This document shows, piece by piece, positions 30,561-41,880 of a stretch of 64,000 nucleotides of DNA. Below the pieces are notes generated by a model. The model saw only the letters and a program-made list of their open reading frames with translations, was not told the origin of the DNA and made no database searches. This DNA is from Candidatus Algichlamydia australiensis (GTDB taxonomy: Bacteria > Chlamydiota > Chlamydiia > Chlamydiales > JAJFMI01). The first letter of the stretch is position 1; each line of letters opens with the position of its first letter. The stretch lies in assembly GCA_033977065.1 (NCBI GenBank), contig JAXCHI010000003.1, forward strand, positions 1 to 64,000, read 5' to 3'. Position numbers and translations under genes: made by a program.

Positions 30561-32426
30561 CTACCTTTCTTTTAATAATTCTTGAAGAATATCTTTCTCT
30601 TCAGAGAAACAATTTATCTCATTTGGCCACACTTTTTCGAGCAGCGCCTTTTTTCTATTTGGATGGAAGCTATCCCATTCAGGACAATACTTTTTTGGAT
30701 TTGTTATTTTATCCTGATGTATGATAATTTGCTTCTCATAACTTTTAATACTTTTCTGAATTTCTTTTACAGTTCTATTGCTGTAGTTGTTAATTAAACT
30801 TGAATGCTTTCCTCCATTTTTTGCAATGGAATAAGCTTCGCTTGTCGATTTAGCCCCTATACTTTTGCTAGATTTTTCAAGAGTTTCTATTACAACTTTG
30901 TTTGCTTTCTTAAGGTGGCTTAGCTCTTCAGTAGCTTTCTCTACTTTTCCAGCTACACGAGCAGCTTTCTGTGCTGTTTTCGCAGCGGCTAACTCTACTT
31001 GCGAAACTTTCTTCGCTGTTTTCACCATCCGGCAAGCATTCTTCGCTCCTTTTAATCCAGCAGAGGCACCTCTGCTTATTGCAATGTCAGTTCCATATTT
31101 CCCAAATATATGAGCACTAGCTTCTGCTTTTTCTCTAAAATTTAGTTCGCTCCAGTTTCGAACAACATCTACAACTTCGGGTATGAAAGTTTCGACTACT
31201 TGTGCCCACTCCCCTCTTAGCCCCATTTTTGCTATTGCAGACATCGCATCGTACATACTTTCTGTTGTACGGATAGGATGGGTAACTATATCACAGGCTA
31301 ATACTCCTGTTTCTTTTATTGATTCGCCAGCCCCTCTCAAAAACGCTCTATCTATTCCGTCTTTAAACTCTAAATATTTCTGCACAAAACTCGTTTTTTT
31401 GTGCTCTTTATACTTTTCAAAATCATCAAGGCTCTCTTCGTAATTTCCCTGCTTTAACCGCGCTACACTGAGGCCCAGGTGGGTATCAGGATTCGTATCA
31501 TCTGCCTCTAGCACTTTTGTGAAATCTTCTACTGCATGGTCTAGATAACCATTTTCCAGTGCGTACTCCCCTCTAATTTGAAAAAAGAAGGCTGTCGGGT
31601 TATCTATGGCTTCTAGTCCATAGAATTGGCTGTAATCTGTAGCAAATCTTTCATCAAGAAATTGGTGCGCTTCATCGCTTGGTGTTGCAAGTTCATTTAG
31701 AGTTTCATGAGCGAAGAGTGATCCGATGATTCTTCCATTTTCCTCAATAGGGATATCTTCTTGTAATAGACCCTCCTCTTCGATTTTTTCTTTTAAGTTG
31801 GAAATGTTCTCTTTTAGATCTTCTTCAAAAGATTCTTCCTCATCGTCTCCTCCGAGAGCGCCTCCCACTGCGGCAAGACCCCCTGCTGCAGCTGTAGGAG
31901 CGTAGTAGATCACTGCCGCAACTGCAACCACAACTACAGTTCCAATGATAATCGCTTTTTTGTGTTTGCGTACGAACTTCTTAGTGTTTTTCCACTTCTT
32001 AGTAACCCAACTTTTGCAAAGAGTAAAGGGAAGTGGGTCACGCTCTGCAAAAAGAGTAGGCAAAATTTGGTACTCTTCATAAATATCTTGGTAGAAAATT
32101 TCCTCGTATAAAGTCTCTTCTTGCCCAAGCAGGTTCTCAATATCTTCTTCAAGCTCAACTTGCTCTTCTTCTGACGCTCCTAAAGTTGCTAGAAAGGCAA
32201 GAGTTCCATTAACTCTCTCTAAATCCTTTGGTGAATAGGTTTTTTCAAGCTCACCTGATTCCAAACGCTCAAGCAAAAGAAGAACATCATCGTAGGTGAT
32301 CTGAGAGCTTAGTTCTTTCCATGATAAGACAGAAGTTCGCGGAGCTTCATCGCTCTCAATAAAGCTAATAGGTGTGACAATCAGTAAAATTAGGTGCGTT
32401 AGAAATTTAAACATGACGACCTCCAA
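30561..32426 (-). CDS. Signal peptide + TM + TPR protein with polymorphic-toxin-like C-terminus
   Basis: Signal peptide (likely start MFKFLTH); hydrophobic AIIIGTVVVVAVAAV; TPRs (RGEYALENGYLDHAVEDFTKVLE...); pre-toxin-like helical linker; basic tail AKNGGKH...HQDKITNP...W. Confidence 0.7.
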   Translation of the reverse strand: MEVVMFKFLTHLILLIVTPISFIESDEAPRTSVLSWKELSSQITYDDVLLLLERLESGELEKTYSPKDLERVNGTLAFLATLGASEEEQVELEEDIENLLGQEETLYEEIFYQDIYEEYQILPTLFAERDPLPFTLCKSWVTKKWKNTKKFVRKHKKAIIIGTVVVVAVAAVIYYAPTAAAGGLAAVGGALGGDDEEESFEEDLKENISNLKEKIEEEGLLQEDIPIEENGRIIGSLFAHETLNELATPSDEAHQFLDERFATDYSQFYGLEAIDNPTAFFFQIRGEYALENGYLDHAVEDFTKVLEADDTNPDTHLGLSVARLKQGNYEESLDDFEKYKEHKKTSFVQKYLEFKDGIDRAFLRGAGESIKETGVLACDIVTHPIRTTESMYDAMSAIAKMGLRGEWAQVVETFIPEVVDVVRNWSELNFREKAEASAHIFGKYGTDIAISRGASAGLKGAKNACRMVKTAKKVSQVELAAAKTAQKAARVAGKVEKATEELSHLKKANKVVIETLEKSSKSIGAKSTSEAYSIAKNGGKHSSLINNYSNRTVKEIQKSIKSYEKQIIIHQDKITNPKKYCPEWDSFHPNRKKALLEKVWPNEINCFSEEKDILQELLKER

Positions 32427-32710
32427 ATGGCCGCAGTCTATTCCCTTTGAAAAAGCTTTGTCAAGATTTAATTCGGATAGTATTTAACCCAAGATGTTTG
32501 AAAAGTATAAGTAAGCTCTGCGTTACTCAAACTCTTTTCTAGAAAAATTTTTGCCAAACAGCCAAAACTTTATCAAATATAGTTGATTTTACATGGATTT
32601 TCTACAATGTTGAGACTGCAGGTGCAGTAGCTAAAGTTGACTCTATTGCGACATTATACGAACAAATTGTATCATCTGATTTGTATTTTAGATGTAAGAA
32701 AATCAAACTC

Positions 32711-33787
32711 ATGCGTTTTAAATTATTTAACATTCCTGTCCGTATTTGCCCAAGCTTTTGGATTTTTTTAGTCTTTTTTACAGGGATGCATAAGCAAATA
32801 TCTCCTAGCTGCCTGATTATAGGAGCGGTATTAATCATTGGTTTATTAGTGCATGAGCTAGGTCATGCGCTAACAGCCAAGTATTTTGGCTCTGAGTCTG
32901 AGATTACATTGGAAGCTTTTGGGGGTTTTGCGAGCTTTGATCCCTCTAGAGTCTCCCCAAAGCAGAGTTTTCTTATTACACTCAACGGTCCCTTACTTGA
33001 AAGTATGCTGATTTTGGTTGCTGCTGCTCTTTTGAAGTTTGGTATGTTCAGTGGCTACTTTCGCTATTTCTTGTCTGCAACCGTTTGGATCAATTCTATC
33101 TGGTGCATTTTAAACCTATTACCTCTAGATCCTCTTGACGGCGGTAAGATTGCACGATTTCTTCTTACCAAGTGGTTTGGGCAAAGAGGCGAAAAGCTGA
33201 GTATAGGCTTGGGGATAGCTGCTGCTCTGATAGCGGTTCCTATTTTAGTAAAATTTGGGTTCTATTTCTTCTCTCTTTATTTAGTCACTTGTGCTTTTCG
33301 AAGTGTAAAGGGTTATGAAAAGTATGATGTACAAAGCGATCTCAGCTATTTGAATGAAGGGCTCACAGCACTTAGGTGTGGTGAAGTTGACAAAGCTAAG
33401 CTCCTTCTTACTCGATTAAAAAAGTGTCATAATAAGCAAATCAAAAACTCTGCAATGGAGGCCGTAGCAGAAATTTACTCCATTGAAGGAAAGAAAGATA
33501 AGGCGTTTCACATTCTCAATAAGAGAAAGCCTGATGAGTTAAAAAGTGGACTATGCCTTCTTTGCAGACTTGCTTACGAGCGCGGTAATCATGCAATTGT
33601 TGCAAAGCACTCTAGACGACTCTATGAGCTTGAGCCCACTTTTGATACAGCGATGCTTATTAGTAATTCTTTCTTTTGCTTGGGCAATTCTGAGCGCGGC
33701 AACGCATGGCTAAAAACAGCCTCAATGTTTGATGGTGTGACAAATGAAGATATAGAGAAGGCTCAGAAAAACAGGATTGCCCTTTAG
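32711..33787 (+). CDS. Site-2 protease (M50) with C-terminal TPR-like region
   Basis: HELGH, NGP and NLLPLDPLDGG motifs. Confidence 0.9.
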   Translation: MRFKLFNIPVRICPSFWIFLVFFTGMHKQISPSCLIIGAVLIIGLLVHELGHALTAKYFGSESEITLEAFGGFASFDPSRVSPKQSFLITLNGPLLESMLILVAAALLKFGMFSGYFRYFLSATVWINSIWCILNLLPLDPLDGGKIARFLLTKWFGQRGEKLSIGLGIAAALIAVPILVKFGFYFFSLYLVTCAFRSVKGYEKYDVQSDLSYLNEGLTALRCGEVDKAKLLLTRLKKCHNKQIKNSAMEAVAEIYSIEGKKDKAFHILNKRKPDELKSGLCLLCRLAYERGNHAIVAKHSRRLYELEPTFDTAMLISNSFFCLGNSERGNAWLKTASMFDGVTNEDIEKAQKNRIAL

Positions 33788-33903
33788 TATCTTTGTACAG
33801 AACATAAACGATGTGCCATATGACTATTACTTGATTTAATGGCTAGATCTCATTTTTGCGATCGCAAAAACAAAAAATGCATGCATGGTTTGTTCTACAT
33901 ATT

Positions 33904-34362
33904 TTAATGCTCTTTTTGGAAGTCAGGGGTAAGAAGTTCAACTTTTTCATATTTTTTTGCTAGTCGATCGATCCACTTAGTATCTTTAGAAAATATTTCC
34001 CAAAACCCACCATCGATCATCTCAATAACAATATCACAAGTTTCATACATTTTTTGGTCATCTTTATAGCGATGGATGTTCCCTTTATTGCTACATCCAA
34101 TTATGAGAACCTCGATTTCTTGAAAAATTTTCTTTGAAATCTCAAAAAGAGTCTCAAATGTGCATGGAAAACCATTTTTAGATTTGTTAACTTTATTTTC
34201 TAACTCTATAAAAAAGCTTCCACTTGAGTCCAAAGGAGTAACGTCCAGCCACAATAACGCCCAATTTGGCTGACTCGCATTTGGTATTTCAGCCAATATT
34301 TCTCTTAGAGGTATGCACTTGTTTTCTTTTAGATCTGATATTCTAATCCCTTTTGTACTCAT
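33904..34362 (-). CDS. Cognate immunity protein of the second Rhs
   Basis: Immediately downstream of the Rhs toxin tail; AT-rich. Confidence 0.75.
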   Translation of the reverse strand: MSTKGIRISDLKENKCIPLREILAEIPNASQPNWALLWLDVTPLDSSGSFFIELENKVNKSKNGFPCTFETLFEISKKIFQEIEVLIIGCSNKGNIHRYKDDQKMYETCDIVIEMIDGGFWEIFSKDTKWIDRLAKKYEKVELLTPDFQKEH

Positions 34363-34391
34363 AAATAATAATAGCTCCAGTCTGTTACAGG

Positions 34392-37300
34392 TTAGCCTCT
34401 AGGATCTCTGCTACGTGTCCCACCTGTAGGGTTGGGTTTGTATTCGTGTTGGTGAGGATTTGAGTGGTCTTTAGACCTACCGTGGTCAGTAAAATCTATA
34501 TCCCGTACTGGCTTGCCATTTATATCAAATTCCCTTGCTTGGGGATACTTTCCTTTTCGCCCTTCTTTGGTACCAAGTTGAGTATGAGGAGCGTCACTCT
34601 CAGGTTTTGGCTCTTTAGTTCGAGGGTCTCGAGGTAGATCCCTATCTGGAGCATACACATCGCTACTTTCTTTATGAATTCTATAGTCATCATAAAGTTC
34701 AGGCGGAACTTCAACAGAAATCCAGCCATCTGACAAATATTCTTGTCTTTTTGGTGTTGCTGGAGCACCATCAATTCTGTTGTTTACGTAGTCTACGGCT
34801 TCGTTGGCTCCCCAAGCTGCAATTGCTACCGCTGCTGAGCAAATTACTGCTTTAATAACTGCTGCGGCTTCAATTCCTAGAGGTATTGCGATCAACCACT
34901 TTCCAGTGGGGTCTTGGTAGTAAAAGGGTCGATTGAGGAGGTAGGCATAGGTGTTATAGCTGTCGGTGTAGCCGGCGGGGTCAGGGGTGAGAAAGCGGCC
35001 GAGGGTAGGGTCGTAGTAGCGGGCGCCAAAGTAGATGAGGCCGGTGGGGTCTTCTCTTTTGGACTGGTAGGTCCAGGGATGGGTTGATGGTAAGGTTTGC
35101 TCTCCGAAGGCCGTGTAAGTAAATTGATGCTGGAGGTCACCGTTGGGTGTGTAGAGAGCTGTGATATTGCCATCGATGGAGTGGAGCGGGATGTAGGTTT
35201 GATTCTCTATTTCGTAGAGGATTGTCGCGTCGATTTCTGAAGGAGTGGTGGGGTTGAGGAGGCGTCTTTGTATGAGGGTGTTTTGTTGAATTTGCCCTAT
35301 TTCTTTTTGATTATCGTAGATGTAGCTGCTGTTATTGGCGGTTAGTCTGCGGTGGAAGGGGTCGTAGGTATAGGTGGTTTTTGTGGCGGGAGTTTGGATG
35401 GCGATGAGACGATCTAAGGCGTCGTAGGTGTAGTGGGTAGTGTTTTTTTGGATGAGGTTACCGTTAGGGTCGTAGGTGTAGGTTGTTTGGGGCGTTTTTG
35501 TGATTTGGTTGAGGGTATTAAGGGTGTAGGGTGTTTCGTTTTTTGTATGGCGATTGTAGTGGGTGTCGTAGGTGTAGGTAGTGTCGTTTTCGGTGAGGAG
35601 TTGATTTAGGGGATCGTAGGTGTAGGTGGTATCGGCTCTGTTGTAGGTGCGGGCGAGGAGATTGTTAGCTTGATCAAATTGGGTGTAGGTTTCTGTTTGG
35701 TAGGGTGAGGTGCGGGCAGTTTCACGACCAAGGGGATTGTAGGTGTGGGTTTGTGTGCCGAGGCCTGCTGGGAGGGTCTCTTGGAGAAGGTGGCCGTTTT
35801 GATCGTAGAGGTCGTAGGTTTGGGTGAGGTTGTTGAAGTGAGCTTGTTTGAGGTGATATGGGTCGTAAGTAAAGGTGGCTTTTTTATGATCGGGATAGGT
35901 TAGAGTCGTTGGGCGGTCGTAAAGGTCGTAGGTTTTTTTTATGGTGTAGTGGTTGATAAACTGTTCTTCTATGAGACGGTCTTGATGGTCATAGTTTCTT
36001 TTTAGGATGAGGTTGCCGTGATCATAGACTTTTTTTAGGCGATCGCGTGTGTCATAGGCATAGCGGTAGCTGATGGTGTGGTCTGAGGAAGTAAGGGTTG
36101 TAAGACGCTGTTTGCCGTCGTAGGTTTTTTTAATTTTTACGCCGTCAGGTTTGATGATTTGGGCTTGGTTGCCTGTAGGGGTATATGTGTAGGTTGTTTT
36201 TTTGATTTCTGATTCGATGTGGGCTGTTTTTCTGTTGAGAGGGTCGTAGTTGTAGGTAATGGTTTGTTGTTTAGTTGTCTCATCGGGCTGGGCGTAGGTA
36301 ATTAGAATTTGGACGAGGTTGTTATTGGGATCGTAGGTATTTTCTTCGATTCGTAATGTGTTGCTTTTTTGATCCATCCATCTTTTGAGAAGGAGGTTGG
36401 CTTGGCCGTTGTAGTGCTCTTCTTGGGTTGTGCCGTTAGGATGTTGGGTAGTTTTTTTGAGGTGTTGGGGGTGATTTTGGTAATAAATGTAGGTGGTTTG
36501 GTTGAGAGCGTTGGTTTTTTGGATAAGGCGATTGAGTGCGTCGTAGGTGTAGCAGGTTTCGCTTGGGTTTTGGTCGATAGTTGTGGAGATTTTTTTGCAG
36601 TTATTATGACCATCGTATTCGTAGGTAGTTTGATGGTAGAGCTTTCCGGAGAGGTCTTCATCTCGCTTTTCAATAGGACGATTTAAGAGGTCAAAGGTTT
36701 TAATTTGCACTCTTTGACCGTCTACGGTTTTGTAGGGTCTGTCGAGAGCATCGTGGTAAATTTTTTCTTTTTTCTCTCCGTAGATGGTCGATTTTAGGCG
36801 GCCTGCACCGTCGTATTTGTAGGTATAGATGCGTTTTCCTGGCAGTTCTTTGCGGATTAGGTGAGGGCCTTTGTAGGTATAGCGCTCTTTAGCGATTTGC
36901 TCCCAGTTGTTATCTGTAAGGGTTGTTTTGATTTTTCTGCCTAAGATGTCATAGGTGTGGTCTGTTATTCGTTTCTCTTGGTCGATGTAGGTAGCCAGGG
37001 TGCCATCAAGGTCATATATGAAGGACTCTTCTGTTCCATCTGGGTGGATGATAAGGGTCTTTTGATTGAAGATGTTGTAACGGGTTTTGGTAGTATTGCC
37101 GTTGCCATCGGTTACTGCAGTGCAGTTTCCTTCGGGGTCATAGGTGTATTTCCAGATGGAGCCATCAGGTCTGCGTTTTTCGATAATTTGATCGTCTGTA
37201 TTGTAGGTATATTCTGTTCGCTCATCCAGCTCGTTTGTTTCTGCAATTTTGCGGCTTTTTCTATCGTATTCGTAGGTGATTTTTTTAAAGGTATTGGGCT

Positions 37301-39300
37301 TAGTTGTATCTTGGTGAGTGCGGGTGATAAGGTTATTTTGCTCGTCGTATTCTGAATGAATTTCTAAATTTTTGTAGGGGTGACTCTCTTTAGTGCAGTT
37401 GTTTTGCTCGTCGTAAGTATAGAGGGTCTTCTGTCCGAGCGCGTCTGTTTTCTCAATGAGTCGGTCTTGCGTGTCGTAGAGGTAGTGGAGGGTATATTGG
37501 TAGTTGTCTTCTGCATCAAATATCTTTTTTTGGACGATGCGCGAATTTTGGTCGTAGATATTAATGCTTTTTTTTTAGGAGGATCTCTTTTTGTTTTTTG
37601 CTGTCGTAGTAGTAGTCAGCAATTTCTTCGGGCAAGTTAAGAGCTGGGATAGGTGCGATTTTTGTTGAACTCTCCCCTGCTCGATGCGGTTTGATTCTTC
37701 TGATTTTTCGGGTTGTGACTTCTTTTAGGTTTTCTGGGTCCTCCGATGCGCCATCATCTCTGATCTGTTGGATGAGGATGTAGTCTTCGTTGTAGGTAAA
37801 AAATTGACGCTTGTAAATTTTTTCTGAATCGCCAGTAAGGATTGAAGCTGGAAGCGCCGTCTCTTTCCAGTATGTGGTTCTGGTGATTTTGCCTGAAGGG
37901 TCTTTTTTAAAGATAGGCAGGTGCTTTGCGTTATACTGGTATTCTGTTACAGATTTTTCACATCCTCCAAATCCACGATGGTCTCCCCGGAGAATCTCTT
38001 TTGTGATATTGTGTTTGTTGTCGTATTCATACTCGACTGTTTTGTAGGGTTTTCCTTCGCGGGTTTTGTAGGTGAGACTCAGGAGGTTTCCTTGCGCCCA
38101 TTCATATTCAATCTCTCGCGTTTTCTCTCCCTTTTGGTTGGTGTAAATGAGTCGTTTTGGAAATTTTTTCTTTCCCAGTTGATAGAGAGTTTTTCCGCCT
38201 TCAGGATCTATAGCTTCTATCTCTTTTGTAATATCAGATGAAGGACCTTTATAATTAAGTTGATAGACTCCCCTGCTGTTTGCGATCTGCTTAACAGTAT
38301 TTGAGGGCCATACGACTTTTTGCCCCCATTCGCGGTAGTTTTTTCCTTTGCTCCTATCTTCATTCTCAAACGGAACAATTTTTTTCTCGTTGTAGGTAAT
38401 TTCTACGTAAGGACCTTCGGAAAAGGCTCTTCTACTCATGCGCCTGTCAGTATAGGTGAAGAGCTCTTTTGGCTTTCCCGTAATCTCTAAAGATGCGATC
38501 TGTCTTTGGCCCTCCTCAAATCCTTTCCTCTCTTTTCTTCCATCACTTGTGACAATTTCATCGTCATTATAGATTGCAACGGCATACACTGAGTTTTTTC
38601 TTGGACCAGAAGAGTATACAGATTTTAATACTGTGTACTTCGGATTTGTAGTCCAACTATAAAAAATTCTATTCCCGTTGGGGAGTCTCTCTTCGGTAAG
38701 GCAGTATCTATATGAGTGAATTGTGCGAAGCTTTTGATCGCCAAATATGTATGAACTGCTTTTTGTCTTTTTAAGTTTTTTTCCGTAGATGCGCACTGTC
38801 CCATCAGGCATATGCACTCTGCATGCATCTCCACTAAAGTCCGCATAGGCATTTTTTAGGTTTGTACGACCGCCTACTTCCCCAATTGCTGTATTTAGGA
38901 GCGTGCCTTCGTAAATTTCTCGATTAAGATAGAACTTCTTTGCGTGGTGCTTGCTTGCATGTTTATCACCAAAAATGAGAGGGATTCCTGACACGTCGTG
39001 GGTAGAAAAGTAAAAATAGTTATTTCCCACTTTTCTCGCTTTTAGAAGTAGATGGTTTCGATCACTCCACCCCCCTTTTCCGTACTGATCAAGGCTAAGG
39101 TAGTTGCGCGGAAGCGGCAGAGGCTGTGCGCCCCTCACAACAAGATCATTTTCTGAAATAAAATACTGCCCGCTGATGGGACTCACACAGTCTGCAACTG
39201 TCCAACTTGGAAGCTTTGAGAAGGTTGAGGTTGCCTCCTCAATCGGTGTTTGCGCACTAAGGTGTACCAATACCGTAAAAAGAAAGAAAAGCCTTTTCAT
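34392..39300 (-). pseudogene. Second full-length Rhs toxin gene (about 1635 aa if repaired), split by a frameshift in an A9 tract
   Basis: Removing one A from T9 at 37568-37576 joins 37561..39300 to a frame I translated open through 36710 and on to 34392. Core end DPTG; tail PHTQLG...QAREF...DIDFTDHG...HSNPHQH. Confidence 0.9.
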
Positions 39301-39456
39301 TTAGCCTCCTGTTTAGTGTTTTTTCAAACTTGTAAACAGGTATAGCATCAGGCCGTTTTTTTAAGAAACGGAAAAGGTTTTATTAGCACCACATGTGGCG
39401 CATTGACAGAAAAAATTTATAAGCGCAATGTTTTTTTCAAAAATTTGGAGGACAAG

Positions 39457-40719
39457 ATGCCAAAAGACTATATTGACATGATGTGGGAAAGACATCAAAC
39501 AAATTTAAGATGGCAAAACATGCAAACAGCGCACTATCGACAAAGTAGTGCAATCAATGCAAAGAACATAAAAGTAGTTAAAGAAATAGATGACATAAGA
39601 GAACGGATGACCCTTGAAAGAGGTGAAGTCGACTGCAATTGCTGTCCAGATTTTGGAATTTTTAGATGTTTTAGCGATTGTTTTGAAGCAATGGGAGTTA
39701 TTGGTTCTGCAACATGTAAAAGAACTTACGAAGACGCCAAAGAAAACTGGGTTTCAGTTGCATTTTATGCCACAATTTCAGTTGTCGGATCGATAATCTG
39801 TAAAAAACCAATTGTAGACTCAAAATCAACTAGCAGCGCTGTTTCAAAAGTTGTTTCAAATACCGCAACAAGCGTTGATGAGTATTATGATGTATCTGGA
39901 AAAGTAAGAAGGTGTGCATCTACTACAGCTGAAGCTTGCAAAAGAGGAGTATCTCAGGCAGATGAGCATTTTGACATATCGCACAGATTAGATAGCTGCG
40001 TATCTGGTGCCGCTGAAACCTGTAAAAAAAGCGTAGCCCAGGTTGCAGGAACAATTCTTCCCGCAAAACTTTTTGGAGGAGATTCCTCTACTACCAACCA
40101 TTACACTTCTGTCCAAGATACTTACTACCACAACACACCTGCAGGAGGAGTCCGTAGAAGTACAACACCTCAAAGGTCTTTTTCAAGTAGATACAGTACG
40201 AAAACAGACTCGTCTCTTTCAGACCAAAATAAGCAATTTTCTCAAAATTCCTACGCTATTTTTGAAGAGCCTGTTCCCCCTAAATTAGAGGATTTCCCTT
40301 ACACTGCTAATCCACCATTACGTGGTACTAAACAAACTCTAAAAAGGCGTACAAGACAACGTTCAATGAGACCTACTCGCACAATTCAGGCGCCTACTGA
40401 AACTGACTCACTCACTAGTGTTTCTTATGAAATCGACAAACGAATACAAAAATTAAACGAAATGGACATAGATAATATTAAATTCTATAATGACATTTAT
40501 AATTATGCGGTATTAATAGACCACCTTCTTTTTTTAAAAAAACATGGACGCTTCCACCTTTTAATGGAAAAGAACAATGAGACTCTGAGAACATGCTTTA
40601 AGAGCAAACCCGGGATTTACAAGGCAATCGAAGTAGCAGATTTGCCTGAAGATCGTAAATTATTTGCAAATAGTGTTATCGATCGTGTCTCATCTGCTTC
40701 ATTTGATGAAAGCACTTAA
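39457..40719 (+). CDS. Hypothetical Cys-containing, Ser/Thr-rich protein with a hydrophobic segment (candidate effector)
   Basis: GGAGG RBS before ATG 39457; internal ~29-aa repeat. Confidence 0.65.
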   Translation: MPKDYIDMMWERHQTNLRWQNMQTAHYRQSSAINAKNIKVVKEIDDIRERMTLERGEVDCNCCPDFGIFRCFSDCFEAMGVIGSATCKRTYEDAKENWVSVAFYATISVVGSIICKKPIVDSKSTSSAVSKVVSNTATSVDEYYDVSGKVRRCASTTAEACKRGVSQADEHFDISHRLDSCVSGAAETCKKSVAQVAGTILPAKLFGGDSSTTNHYTSVQDTYYHNTPAGGVRRSTTPQRSFSSRYSTKTDSSLSDQNKQFSQNSYAIFEEPVPPKLEDFPYTANPPLRGTKQTLKRRTRQRSMRPTRTIQAPTETDSLTSVSYEIDKRIQKLNEMDIDNIKFYNDIYNYAVLIDHLLFLKKHGRFHLLMEKNNETLRTCFKSKPGIYKAIEVADLPEDRKLFANSVIDRVSSASFDEST

Positions 40720-40875
40720 GCTAATTGCGTAAACAAGAAGATACGGCTCTTTTTGGGAAAAGTAGCAATAAGAAAATAGAGCCTAAAAATACTGTATTGA
40801 CGGAAACATAATTTTAGATATAGTTGGCGTAGTGTTTATGATTTCTTTACAAAAAAAGGGGAAGGAGGTGCAATC

Positions 40876-41865
40876 ATGAGTTTTCCTATTAAAGATGCGA
40901 AAATATATGAAGAATTTTCTAGATTTGCAAACATCATTGATTGGAGCAAGCATCCGGTTGATATTTATTTGAAAACACAAGGAAGCCGTATAGAATACAG
41001 CGATTTTGTTCCTGAATTACATCTCTCATCAAAACGGTATAAAAAGGCCGATTGTCCTAACTATCATGCATATGAGTTATATGGTGGTAAAGAAAAGATC
41101 ATTGGAATTGGGTATGTTTGCTTAAATAAAACTCCAGAAAAGAGAAAGCACATTATTTGTCTACATCGAGGGGATCTTAACCGCAGTATAGCCTCAAGGA
41201 CCTGCGACACATTTTGCGAGTACACCGTCTCAAAGCATGACTCCCCCATACTTTATACTCTTTTACTTCCCTTTAGATTTGTACTGCTAATTCTTTATCT
41301 TTTTACTGCTCTTGTCCTTGATGGAAAAATTGGAGACAATACCAAATCCCAGAAAAAAGTACTTGAAGAGGGTAAAGAGATAAGCAATATTTCTGGTAAA
41401 CTCAGACAAGATCAAGAAAAAATAGAAAAACTAACACCGGAATTAAAGGCAGTACTAGCTCGGTTTGAAAAAGGGTTGACCTCATGTTTGTGTGAACTAA
41501 GTTTAGATACATCCGATTTGGAAAATAATGCAGAAAAATCACTTCTAGAAAGGATAAAACTCTGTGATACAGCTGTTCGAAGCATTCTATCTAAGTCTAA
41601 AGCGTTCAAAGATCAAGATATAAAACAGCGCCTTGTTTCAGATTCAAATGAAGTCTCAAAAAAAATGCAGCACATCCAAGATCTGCATGACGAAATCAAA
41701 CAATTAGCAGAAAGAGCGTCAACTTTTAGAAGAGGTTTACTCTTAACATCAAGCAAATACTCAACATCTAAAGATAACTCTCTTTTTAAAGACATAGACA
41801 AAATCACAACTAGTTGGATTAAGGTCAATCAATCTATCCAAACGTTGTCAAAAAAAGTCGAATAA
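40876..41865 (+). CDS. Inc-like protein (hydrophobic domain + coiled coil)
   Basis: ILYTLLLPFRFVLLILYLFTALVL followed by a long helical region; AGGAGG RBS. Confidence 0.6.
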   Translation: MSFPIKDAKIYEEFSRFANIIDWSKHPVDIYLKTQGSRIEYSDFVPELHLSSKRYKKADCPNYHAYELYGGKEKIIGIGYVCLNKTPEKRKHIICLHRGDLNRSIASRTCDTFCEYTVSKHDSPILYTLLLPFRFVLLILYLFTALVLDGKIGDNTKSQKKVLEEGKEISNISGKLRQDQEKIEKLTPELKAVLARFEKGLTSCLCELSLDTSDLENNAEKSLLERIKLCDTAVRSILSKSKAFKDQDIKQRLVSDSNEVSKKMQHIQDLHDEIKQLAERASTFRRGLLLTSSKYSTSKDNSLFKDIDKITTSWIKVNQSIQTLSKKVE

Positions 41866-41880
41866 CAGAGGAGGATACGT

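Noticed and set aside
36957..37640. Val/Gly-rich plus-strand ORFs
   Set aside because: Antisense shadows of the frameshifted Rhs2 segment, which is open on the minus strand.
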